A stretch of 62,657 nucleotides of DNA, counting the filler, from Choristocarpus tenellus KU-1152 (lineage: Eukaryota > Protista > Phaeophyceae): assembly GCA_964200185.2 (NCBI GenBank). It is 10 parts of 10 records of this genome, joined end to end, with 100 filler letters (N's around TTAATTAATTAA, not from the genome) between each part and the next. Parts side by side here need not be neighbours in the genome. Positions count along the whole stretch, not along the records: positions 48,041 to 56,683 come from CAXNAD020004497.1; positions 56,784 to 59,403 come from CAXNAD020026211.1; positions 59,504 to 62,657 come from CAXNAD020021915.1; 7 more parts are not named here. One strand, given 5' to 3'. The translations under genes and the position numbers were made by a program. Below the pieces are notes generated by a model. The model saw only the letters and a list, made by a program, of their open reading frames with translations. It searched no databases and was not told where the DNA came from. Each line of letters begins with the position of its first letter. The first letter of the stretch is position 1. Shown here piece by piece: positions 51,661 to 62,657 of the stretch.

Positions 51661-53190
51661 CGTGAACAGGGCGAGGGAACAAAATGCGTTTGTTTCGAAA
51701 AATCTTCACACACAATTTTGGTCAAGAGAGGTGAGGTGTTACGCAGTTGTCCTGTAGGTTTTCCTCTATTTGATTTTAGGCTATCCAATGAAATCGACAT
51801 CATACATGTAAAAATTAAGGTGACGATGGCATTGCTGACGTTGGAAAGGATGAAAGATGTCATTTCGTGGGTAACGATCATCCAGCATTGAGACAGGTTC
51901 CACCGTAAATAAAATTGGCCATCACCGTGTGATCGATAAGCATTTTGGGCACAAGATCCATAGCAAGGTGAACACGAGTGACTCTTGTGACCTATTCTAA
52001 TAACTAAAGCCGAAAAGGCTATTTTCTCTCTCAGTTACAACGGGAGAGGAGAGAAAACTGGTTAAAAGTAGAGCAGTGATAAGATTTATCTGTTGTTAGA
52101 CCTGAACAGTCGCACCTTGGCATTGGGAGTTTCATTCTGACTGAAGTCGTCCATTACTGCTGACATAAGACAAACCACCACTCACAAAAGATGATAAACC
52201 TTCACAGCACACACTACTAGTACTTCTAACGTTTAGGATACCTCAGTTGGGAGGTGTACTCAAACTTTGGAAAAAACGCCTCATATTGTTATAGAGAATA
52301 ATGCGCGCCTTCGCGCAGGTTGACGATCCACCCTTTTCGTCTCAACGTTTCACCAACAAACTCACATTATCAAAATACCTCAATTTATTTTGTCATCGAA
52401 ATTACCATGCATCTTCGCTCTGTTCTCTTCCTTGTTCCCTCAGCAATCTCCCCTCTGTCGAAAAATATAGTTGGAAAACCACCTGGTGTGTCCTCTATGG
52501 TCTCCAAGGAGCGGTCTCCTTGCTATGGGCACTTGGTATGCATGTTGAAGATCCCTCCTCCAACCCCCCACCTACGAACCAAATTTACGTACCCAAGGAC
52601 ATTTTTTTCTATGCAAGTCATTCATACACACCCTTGTTCTTTCGCTTCTCACCTTCTCTTTGGTTGCGGCCCCATGCTTCCTGCTGGGTTGTCCGAGATA
52701 GCCGACCGAGTCATGGCCCCCTTGGGGCCGGAAGTGTAGAAGGTGAGCAAACCCCACGCAACTCTTTGTCTGAGGTTGAGGCATGACTCAGGGACTGGGA
52801 AACAAGACTTTCCTATGGTTGGATTGGAATTACCATTTTAAGAGCGCTTGGATGCGAATAATCTTAGCCCACTGATGATGCTACAGCCACGTATCATGGA
52901 TTAGTCCATTTGCACTGCAACATATCCTCCATATCCGAAAAAGAAGGTGAAGGCGTTGACCCCTCATCTGCACTTTCACCTTTCACTCTGAGGCTCTCTG
53001 CGATAGACAGGTAGATGGCTAGGTCACCCTTCACACATTGCATTACGCCCTTGACCGGATGCTAACCAAAAATATCGACCACTCTTGTCCATACGTTACG
53101 CCCTCTCTTGTTCTCCCATGTTTTCACCTGGAAAAATGCTTCATCCTCTCGTGATCTGTTACGATTCACCTTAGCTCCCTTTTTGTTAGC

Positions 53191-56093
53191 ATGGGGACCA
53201 CCGAGCCTAGCGGTGACCAGAAACTGATCCCGCCGAGGAAAAACACAATGCTAGGCATTGCAGCCCTACCCACTCAGGTTCTTCAATACGCGCAAAATGT
53301 GAGGGGAGGGGAAAGTAAGGGCGGCAACAATGCGAACAACAACCGATTGATGCTGGACATGGTGGAAGATGTCTGTTCTTCGATTGGCTCGGGGATTTCG
53401 ACTTTGATGCCAGTGGCGCATGTTGTGCGTTGCCTGTTTGGCCTGTCCCTTCTTTTCTACGGAGTGACATTTCAGACACTTGCATTCCACATCATTGTGT
53501 TCCGCCTTGCAGGATATAAACGGGTGAGTTTAAGGCGCTTTTCTGTGGAATGATGCATGTTTCGGTTGGGGGAGAGCGGGGGCTGTATTTTGAGCAGTTC
53601 ACCTTGTGTACGTATATATTATACACCGTGAAAGTATGGTTCGTCCATGCGCAGTGGCTCAGTTACTCTCTTTTTCACGCTCTTCCTCTGGTCAACATGG
53701 ATGCATCAACAATCTAACCAACAAGAACCCTTAGCCACAGAGAATGAATGAACCCACCCCCAATGTCTTACTGAGGTAGAATGGCCCAAGAGTAGAAGTA
53801 ATAATGACTGATTTAACTTCTCCCGCTACTTCTATTGATACCTCATACCCACAGTCATCGATGTGGTACATCGTATTGGTATTGGTATTGGAAGGTACTG
53901 TTCTTTCGACACTCTCATGAAAATAAGAACAATTTTGAGCAGACAATGTGCACTGAGCGCGTTTAACCAATGCCTCGTGCCGGGTAAGGTCAGGAAAGTG
54001 CCTTACCATCAATTGAGAAGTGCTTACATCTACTCAACCAATCAAGACCTCAACTGAAGGTTTTTGTTACCTAAAGTAGTTTTTCGGTAGTAATTTGTGG
54101 CACTGGTAGCACAGTGGGACAATGGTTGTGATCGCATGCTAACACAACCAAATTGAATAAGGCAAAGGGGTGCTTCTATCCTGTGCAGGTTGCCTTTCAA
54201 ACTTGTGACAACCTTCACCTAATAGCACCCTGCGCTTTGACCCCGGAGGGAGATACAAACGTTAATTGACACAGGTTGGTGATGTTGGTGAAGATTGGTC
54301 AATAAATCACAGATTGAATCGAGCCATCCCAACCAAATAACCTCCACCGTAACCCACCTAACCACCCAACCCCAACATATTGCGTTGGCTGTGCGTGGCA
54401 ACTAGTTGGTGAATTCTGTCAAAAACCTGGGCAAGTACTACACAGATGCAAGGAAATCAATAAAGGAGGCCACCAAGGGGGTGGAGACTGTGAGCGAGAG
54501 GGTGGCTAAAGGGGACCGCCTTAAGGCAAGGAAATAGTAATTTTTTTTGTTTGAAATAGGTGTGGGGGAGCTCATCCTATGGGCCACCACTCTTCCAATC
54601 AACATTTTTTTTTTCAAAGTAAACTGTGTTGGGGTTAGGGATAGGGATAGGGTTAGGGTTAGCGTGAGCTCGTCTATGTCTGCATAATATGATTTTTGTG
54701 GTGAGATTTTATCTTTATGCGCATGGGGCCTAGAAATATCCTAGAAATATTGTTCAACCAAAATTCTGTCCTTGTAGTAGTATCTTGTCCCCAGACACTC
54801 AATCAGCACGGTGAAAATGGTGATGTTTTGAATTTTGATGATGGAAGAGCTGGAGTCACAAGGACAAAATTCTCAACAGAACCAATAAGGGATGCCTGCA
54901 GCACACTCTTTTGTTTTCTTTCAATTTAGTATCTTCGAAGGACAATCAAACACTAAAATTCCACCTTGGTTCTGTTGAGGGGCAAAGACTAGTCACTGTG
55001 TATTCTGCATTACAGTGTTCGTGATTTGCAGAAGTGTACTACCATTATTATTATTATTATTATTATTATGAACTGGGTTGAGTCTCGTGCAAGTGTCTTT
55101 GAGTGTGTCTTTATTGATACCTCACAGCAGTGATCGAACTCTGTCACAGGCACTCACAGCAGTGGCGTTGGAAAGTAAACTCTGAGGTAAAGTAGAGTAA
55201 CGTTTTTTCTGTTTCATTACTGCAGGACAGTTTCTTACTGGTTGTATTTTTTTTTGTCAATAATGCCTTCAATTATAGTACTCCAGGATACCTATCATAC
55301 AATGCCCCCCCCCCCCTTTTTTTATTGCTGTTTTTTCTTTTTAGGAGGCTAGGCTTCAGATGGTCTTAGCAAAGACAAAGATGTTGGAGGATGGTGTGAT
55401 CAGTGAGGAGGAAGTCGCAAACTTCTTGGAGAATTATGGGTACAGAAGAAACATGGACTGGTTGCCTCGTGGGGAGGAGAGGAGTGCTTGCTTTTTGTGT
55501 GATATATGCCGTGTGCATGTGAATGTGGATGTGTATAACCTACTGCTATTTATTTATTTATTTATGAACTGTACATATCCTGGTGTGGTGAAAGGAGAAA
55601 CACCCTATTTTTTATTATCGTTTTCTTTATTGTTTTGTTATTATTAATATTTTGTGTTCTTTTGGTTCCTTCATTGTCCAAATGATTTGTATTCCCTCCC
55701 CCCCCCCCCGCCCCCCGGATCACCTCAACCAGAAGACAAGTTTCAGAATACATAGCAGTATTGTAATGAAGGGGGTGGGGTGTGTTCCTAGGTTGCAAAT
55801 GGAGAATTTTGTGTTGAGATTTTTGTTCAGAATTGACCACTGTTGGAGAAAAAAAATGTCAATAAAAGGTATGGATCAATTCCCCGTTCCGCGTGCCCCC
55901 CATCCACCTCAATATCAGGTTAGTCTCTTGAAATTGTCTTCTTTGACCATGTAAAAGGACTCACATTTGGAACTCACTGCCTTGCCTCTGTAACTGTTTT
56001 ATTGCCTTAACTTGTTCCAGAAAGGATCTAGATCTAATTGCTGAGGAGCAGTCAAACTTCACCGCTGCCCGGAACTCAGTTCTTGCTCTACGG
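53191..56093 (+). CDS. Uncharacterised membrane/coiled-coil protein, partial; exons 53191-53523, 54406-54525, 55345-55439, 56021-56093
   Basis: Phase-consistent exons (one GC donor at 54526). Hydrophobic segment VVRCLFGLSLLFYGVTFQTLAFHIIVF, then a charged helical region and DGVISEEEV. Start and 3' end uncertain. Confidence 0.6.
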
Positions 56094-56783
56094 GTGTGTG
56101 TGTGTGTTGTGTGTGTGTGTGTGAATGCATAGGCACGATTTTCCTCTGGATATACAATTCCCATACTTGAGCACAACCGAGGTGCTTCCTCAGTACCTTT
56201 CATTATATCATTACATTACCTCCCACTGTTACGACGAGAACCTGGGTTTTTCCTCAAGAGTTTTTTTTTTTGGAGGTACCTTTTTTTTTTTCACTTGGGA
56301 CGGATGTGAAATCATCACAAGGTGACCCCTTTGTCAAAGAACACCACCCCCGAATAGATGCACATTGTGTGTATTGTATGTATTGTGTGCTATTGTAGGT
56401 ACTGTGTGGAGAGCTGACTGCTCTAGTATGTCGAACAACACGTGTGGGGGGGGGGCAAGCATGATTGTGACGTTATCATTGTATGTTGAACCAAGCAGCA
56501 ACCTTCCTGTTCATTCCCACTCAGGTGATAACCCCACGACCTTCACCAGCTCAGTAGTTAAATCGTGTATCTGCTGTAGGTGCATATGTCAGTACCATGT
56601 CTGTATATTGTGTGCTTACACAACCATAGGTTCACCTGCCAATTGCTGCTTGCCCCCCCCCCCCCGCCCAACCCACCCCCCCCNNNNNNNNNNNNNNNNN
56701 NNNNNNNNNNNNNNNNNNNNNNNNNNNTTAATTAATTAANNNNNNNNNNNNNNNNNNNNNNNNNNNNNNNNNNNNNNNNNNNN

Positions 56784-59377
56784 CCCCCCTCCACAGAAAC
56801 TCTAGGCCACCCACCACCACATGCACGTCTGCCTTGGGGGGCCCACACGGCAAGTGTAGCATCTGCCCTTGACCAAGTCCAGATGAAGACCCTCATGCAC
56901 ACAGTGGATTTCCTGATACACAAGGTAACTGCCCCAAGGCTGGAGGGGGATACCAACAGTAGGGGTCATCAGAGTGTCTGAACTCTTCCACATGATCTAT
57001 GGCCTCTTACTAGCAAGTGACGGGAAGTTCTCGAGGGAGGAAAGTTTTGCCCGGATGACATCATGGAATATCCAAGAGCTAGTTGCATGGCTACTAGAAC
57101 GATCCCAGAGGACCAGCAGACATAGGGCGGCCCCTGGAGAGGACCCCAAATCCCGCCAGGAACGCTTTGCAGCTCTGGGTCACCACCACCGAGTAATTTC
57201 CAAGGGAGTGAGCGTGCTCCTAGCACAACCCAGAGCCCCGGGGACGGAGGAGACTTTCAATGTACTGGTTCCTAAACACCTGAGTAAGAACCAAGACGAG
57301 CTTAGGCAGGCCATCATGGACGCAAAAGACAGGGTACAAGGGAATGCAAGATCTGAGGAAGGTACTGCCCCCCTGAAGGGGAGTACATCCCCACCTCCTT
57401 TCGAAAAGCCTTCATGAGGGCTAACAGCAACTCAGCACCAGGCCCTGATGGGATGCGCCCTAGCTACATCAGATCAACCACCATGACAGATGTTGGTCAC
57501 GAAGAAGTGGAAGAGGTGTTTGCACAATTATGGGAACTAGCCTACACCTCCCCGGACTCTCTACCCCTAGAGTTCTGGACACTTCACACAAACTCCAGAC
57601 TGTCTGCAATTGGGAAGAAGTGTCGCCCGGTTGCCTGCGGGTCTTTTTTCAGGAGGACATATGCTTCAGCTTTCTGCACAGACTGATGCCCCTACCTGGA
57701 GGAATTTTCCTTGAAGTAGGACAATTTGGCGTCGGGGTCCCAAATGGAGTAGAACGTGCACTCCTGGATATCCACCTAAGGAATGAGTGTGGAGAATGGG
57801 TCATCAGTTTAGACGGAAGGAATGCTTTCAACAGCGTACGTTGCGCAGCTGTCATCCAGGCCCTCCCAGAGGCTCTACCAGGACTCCTACCTTATGTCTC
57901 CAAGGTATATGGGAACACCCTCAATCTTCTTTTCCCCCTGGATGAGGGTGGGATGAAGATCCTACCATCAAGATCTGGGGCCCAACAGGGAGACTTGCTG
58001 GGCCCCCTCTTATATTGCATGGCAACACACAAGGCCTTGCGACAGGTCCAATCAGCTTTTGGACCCCAAGGGATATCCTCCCGAAGCTACCTGGACAACA
58101 CATCCATATCAGTTAGAGAGATAGGCCCTAGCACTATAGCTGCTTTCGAGCAGTTAAAAACTGACCTCTATGAGGTAGGCATTGACCTCAATATGGACAA
58201 TAGCTTCGCCGCACCTCCCCAGGGCCACCAACCCATGCCCTCGGAACTGGAGCTTCTCTCTGCAGCGGGAACCAACCTCACCCCGAACCCCAGTGGTTTT
58301 GTCACTTTAGGGGCTCTGGTGGGAATAGATGGTTTCATTCAAGCTCACATGACTGAGGTGATCGAGAGCTCTGGGACACGAGCTTTGGCCACACGCCCCA
58401 GTGAGATGGAGGACAAGCAGGCGGTCTGGCTCCTCAACTCAACTACTGGTCCCTCTCCTCCCGGCTAGGCTATGACACTAGAGAGGATAATGGAGGTGGA
58501 AGACCGAACAGAAGATACATATTTTTTTTAAGGAGGGTGCAACAATGGGTCTCTCCGCCTAGAGACCCACCAACAAGTACACACAGATGCCTACAAGTGC
58601 GAGGGGTCTGGGCTTATCCTCTATGAAACACTGCCAACATGCGGCTTTTGTAGGATCACTGGTAGCTACTCTCCCCACCATCCTCATAAGGCAGCAAAGG
58701 CCTCATGGCGAGTCCTTCTCGCAAGCTATCTGCACGAGCCCCACCATTCAGGCCTTAGGAACATCCATTCACTCCCTCCTAGCCGCAGGTGTCCCCCCAG
58801 AAGACCTTGTCAAAATCATTGGCCAAGATCGGGTAACCTGGGGGGGAACAACACCCCCTGCACCTGCCCCAGAGGTACATATTCTAGCTGCCCATGACGC
58901 CGGGATCGCATGGAGGGCTCAACACGAGATCACACGCGTCCTGAACAAGATCCTTTTTTACTCTTTGAGGACACAACTAGTTGGCCTTCCAAATGAGGCA
59001 CAACAAGAGAGGGAAAGCTCCTCATTGGCTCTAGTGCGCCACTGGAGCCAGTGTGGACAAGGGGCAAATGCGTGGACCTCAACTCAACCTCTGGAACCAG
59101 CATGCCAGATCCCCCCTCTGGAATTCAAGCTCACAGTCAGCAGATCCCTTGGGAGGGGAGAATGCCCTGTCCAACAGGTGTCCAGTGGCAGGGTGCAGGA
59201 GGCAAAAGGTTGATACCAGACATGCCCGGACCTGCCCCAGGGGGACAGGTACAATGGCACACTCCAATGGTGAAAGGCCAGCACCAACTATGCAAGGGGA
59301 TGGATATCCCTTGCACTATGGAGGATGGTAGCCCTTTCACAGTGGACAGGAATATCCGCATGGATCTGGTGTTGGGT
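56784..59377 (+). mobile_element. Decayed CRE-like non-LTR retrotransposon (RT, CCHC knuckle, start of RLE)
   Basis: Across frameshifts: SAPGPDG, RPVACG..FRR, QFGVGVPNGVE, LDGRNAFNSV, GAQQGD.LGPLLY, YLDN (degenerate YLDD), MP...GLGL, CP..GC...HARTC..H, RMDLV. Interrupted by a family A MITE at 59378. Confidence 0.85.
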
Positions 59378-59403
59378 CAAAGTATCTGGGGGGGGGGGGG
59401 GGG
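59378..59403. mobile_element. MITE family A terminus inserted in the CRE-like element
   Basis: CAAAGTATCTG followed by poly-G at the contig end. Confidence 0.65.
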
Positions 59404-60614
59404 NNNNNNNNNNNNNNNNNNNNNNNNNNNNNNNNNNNNNNNNNNNNTTAATTAATTAANNNNNNNNNNNNNNNNNNNNNNNNNNNNNNNNNNNNNNNNN
59501 NNNAGCGTCGTTTTGAGATCATTGGATTTGAGTTGTACATCCTGGAAGGTGAGCATTGAGGGGCGCCTGTAACAAAAACCGTCCTTCGAAACCCTTCTCT
59601 GCCAAGGTGACAACCCTCTTCACAAAGAATAAATTTCTTCATTTGAATGTCTCAATGAATGGCCACACAGTTTCTACCAATCACCATCTGCTTGAGAAAA
59701 ATATATCACAGACATACCACTACCTGTCTCACTTCAACCAAAGTCTGACTGAGTAAGACATCCCTTCAGACACATCAGACCAAACCCACTGGTGTCTTGT
59801 TTCACTATGAAAAACACTTGCCTCTAACCGTGTTTATCACAGCAAAATCAAACACACTTTCACATCGAATACTGTCTGACTGAATGACTACATGTCATCA
59901 GACCTGCCGGAACAAATTCATCAGTGCTTTGTTGCGCTATGATCTCCTTCGTCACAAACCAGGCACATCACAATAATACACAACTCATACGAAATCAGGT
60001 TTCAACAAGTTATGAGCCTCACAAGATTCCCCCAGTACACAGAAGCAGCTGGGGTAGAAAAGGGAGCCAGATATAGCTCTACAGTAGTGGTTTAGAAATC
60101 TCCGGAACTTGTTTGCACTGTGAGCTCCAGGGGTTTTGCACTATTGATTGTTGCTTCAAAGGTCGCCTGGGTTGGGAAGGCCCTCAGATTTCAAACCATG
60201 GTATTGCAAGGAACAACAAAAGATGATGCTGCATCCAAAATCCCAATTTTGAACCTTCTGGCTATGACCCCTGCATTCTGTTGCAGTAAAATGTGCTCTC
60301 GTGAGAGCTGATACAAGCACATATATACCAAGTGTCAGTGTCATCATGTGCGGTTCGATGTAGCCAGAAGGACAAAAAAAACTTGTGTATTATTTCCATA
60401 GACTATGTGGAGTCAAGTAGAGGTACTCGTGTGTAATCTAACTTGGCATGATACTGATTGACTAGAGGGAGCGTCCCACCATGTATGGCAAACAATGATT
60501 GAAGCGACGAATTCAGTGCTGTCTCAAATCCATCGCTATCTTATACCTCAGCGACAAGCCTCATACTACCCGAGCTCTCGACATGCTTAGGCGTTACCAT
60601 TTAACCTACTGACC

Positions 60615-60750
60615 CAAAGTATCTGGGAAGGGGGGGGGGGTCTACACCAGGGTGTCCATTTGGATCAAAATAANNNNNNNNNNCCCAAAAATCGCGACAT
60701 GAAAAAATTGTCCCCAAATGGACAGCCACCACCCCCTCCTAGATTCTTTG
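60615..60750. mobile_element. MITE family A copy (internal N gap)
   Basis: CAAAGTATCTGGG...GGTGTCCATTTGG...CCAAATGGACAGCCACC..AGATTCTTTG. Confidence 0.75.
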
Positions 60751-60769
60751 AGTAACTATGAGGGTTCTT

Positions 60770-61070
60770 TTCACCCTTGTTTTATCTTCAACACATTTGG
60801 AGCGGAAAGATTTGGGCACCTCTGTAAGCAAGGAGGAAGTTTTCTAGATGAGTTGACTACACACGCAGTAGGGGGGAGAAGGGCGGGAGGTTACAGCAGG
60901 AAAGGAGCTGTCAAATCCCGCTCACGACAGATAGTTTCTGTCACAACCCAAGTACGTGTCATGCATTTTAACCTGGAGACACCAGGGAGATGCGCAAGGA
61001 GGGGACTGCCAAATTCTTGGGATCCTTCCCTAGATCCTCTCTCGCCTGGTGGTATAGACCTAAGCTAGGT
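60770..61070 (+). mobile_element. CRE-like retrotransposon 3' fragment
   Basis: ERFGHLCKQGGSFLDELTTH...RQIVSVTTQV; clear nucleotide homology to 1695-1985 through CTAAGCTAGGTTG. Confidence 0.65.
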
Positions 61071-61139
61071 TGTAGTCATACCACCAGTGTACACTTAACA
61101 TTGCAATTACGAACTTTGATGGGAGTGGTGTATCCGTAG

Positions 61140-61280
61140 TAGTCAAATAGTGGATAGATTTTGTGAGATACCTTTGACATTTACGACTATTACTTTTTTG
61201 AATAGGTCGTTATGATATTGAATTGACTTTTTGTCTGACACATCTTAAAAAATTTGAGAGGTAATAATATTATATAATAT
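61140..61280. repeat. Family C AT-rich repeat copy
   Basis: AGTCAAATAGT...ACATTTACGAC...GATATTGAATTGACTTTT...GACACATC, homologous to 1990-2120. Confidence 0.55.
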
Positions 61281-62657
61281 TTCTAGTTTTGTTTCCATCT
61301 GAACTAATGAGTCATTAAGTAAGTGTTCAGGTGTTGAGATTTTATTGCCTCTCAATGTTGTAAGAACTCCTCGTTAATCTCCTCTCATCCCCCGCACCTG
61401 TCGTGTGCCTGGTAGGAGAAGGAAAGAGAAACACCAAAGCGGAGATGAGCGAGTTCGAAGATATCGCGGTCAGTGCTTCACCATAACTCGAGTTTCTTCA
61501 GACTAGATGGCGTTCGGTGCCGAATGAAAGTGATTGTTCAAAAATCAATGTTGTTGTCGGAAAGATGAACTGGGAAATGGTGCTGTCGTGGACATCAACT
61601 TGTTTGAGTTGTCAGGAAGGTGCTGCTGGTCCATGGCCTCTTCTTTAGAAAAACCACAATTGCTATCGAAGATGCCAGACTCTTAGCATGCATTTGAGTT
61701 AAAACACTGGTGTAGCGTTGAACGGTGTTGGAGGGCACTCTTATGAGAATCTACGCCTATTTCAGTAAGCGCCTTCGTACATACGTCTCTGATCTCGCCA
61801 ATTCGCAGTATGCATACACGTGGCACTCAAATATACCGGGCACATTTCCCTCTCTGTACTCTGTAGAAGATATTTTCCCAGGCAGTTTGCAATCGTGTGC
61901 GATAGATACAGATTTGAGCACTCATTGATTACACTTGGTATTGGTGGTAGTAGCCGTTCCTGATTTGGTGGTATCTCCCTTGAGTAATGTAAATCTTCCA
62001 TTGGTTGCCCAATCTGCAGGTGGAAAAGGGGTAGAACGCCGTGTGGGTGCAGGGTGCGATGGAAACTACAGAGGTTACCAACGGAGGGGTTACCAACAGA
62101 GGAAGTCAAATGCTATCCATAACCTCGGATCTCAGCCGAGTAAGTGCCAGGGATAACAGTGACATCTCCAGGAATGGAGGGTTTGGTGATGTTGGCGGGA
62201 GCAAGAGCAGAGGTCAAACCGACGGTGTACTCGAAGGTATAGAAGAGGGGGAGGATGGGGAAGATCACTGTACCAACCAACAGCCCAACCCGACTCACCC
62301 ACAAAGGATTCCCTCAACTCCAACCCTGGTGGAGTCGTCAACAACTCCAACCGGATCGATCGTATCAGAAGTGGCGCTTCCGACTCCCGTTCCGGTGACG
62401 TCAGCGCATGGCGAGGGTTTCGTCATTCGCGTCCTTATCGCTCGCACCCACAGTTCCTTCTTGCATCTTCGGGTTCACCCCTCCACAACAGCAGGGCAGG
62501 TCTGTCGGAAGATAGGCGACCGACTCCGACTTCCACCAGAGGAAACTGCACAGCACGTTCTGGTCGTAGTTTATGCCCGCTGCAGCGATGAAGAGGATGA
62601 CCATACTTGGGGGGGGGGGGGGGGGGCAGCGGTGGAGCGAGGTGGAAAGGGTCGTGA

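Noticed and set aside
9876-59503. Nine identical TTAATTAATTAA palindromes embedded in N runs
   Set aside because: Artificial six-frame-stop spacers used to concatenate contigs. They are not biological, and gene neighbourhoods across them cannot be interpreted.
60090-60310. - strand frame with a single in-frame TGA (…CNTMV*NLRAF…) as a possible selenoprotein exon
   Set aside because: No selenoprotein motif or recognisable SECIS element; compatible with chance.
61400-62657. GC-richer window end with several short ORFs
   Set aside because: Could be exonic or retroelement-derived, but I could not establish any motif or consistent frame.

Overview
Eukaryotic, intron-rich DNA. The retroelement types and gene structure suggest a brown-alga-like stramenopile, but that is inference only. 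The window is not one locus: it is 10 contigs joined by artificial 100-bp N44-TTAATTAATTAA-N44 spacers, so synteny across spacers is meaningless. Manual splicing recovers two apparently complete genes: a 4-exon SET+MYND (SMYD-type) methyltransferase gene, and a 20-exon, 847-aa secreted Agd3/CE18-like polysaccharide de-N-acetylase gene with a Pro/Thr stalk and a C-terminal (GYYYYDDD)x4 tail. It also recovers partial cullin-4-like, EML/EMAP-like WD40 and GINS Sld5-like genes and an unknown membrane protein. The rest is repeat-rich: a decayed CRE-like non-LTR retrotransposon plus two 3' fragments, a DIRS/Ngaro-like tyrosine-recombinase retroelement relic, two MITE-like families sharing CAAAGTATCT termini, a foldback element and many tandem repeats. 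The Agd3-like gene, almost invisible in the ORF track, is the most notable system. All family assignments come from motif recognition by eye; no database searches were run.
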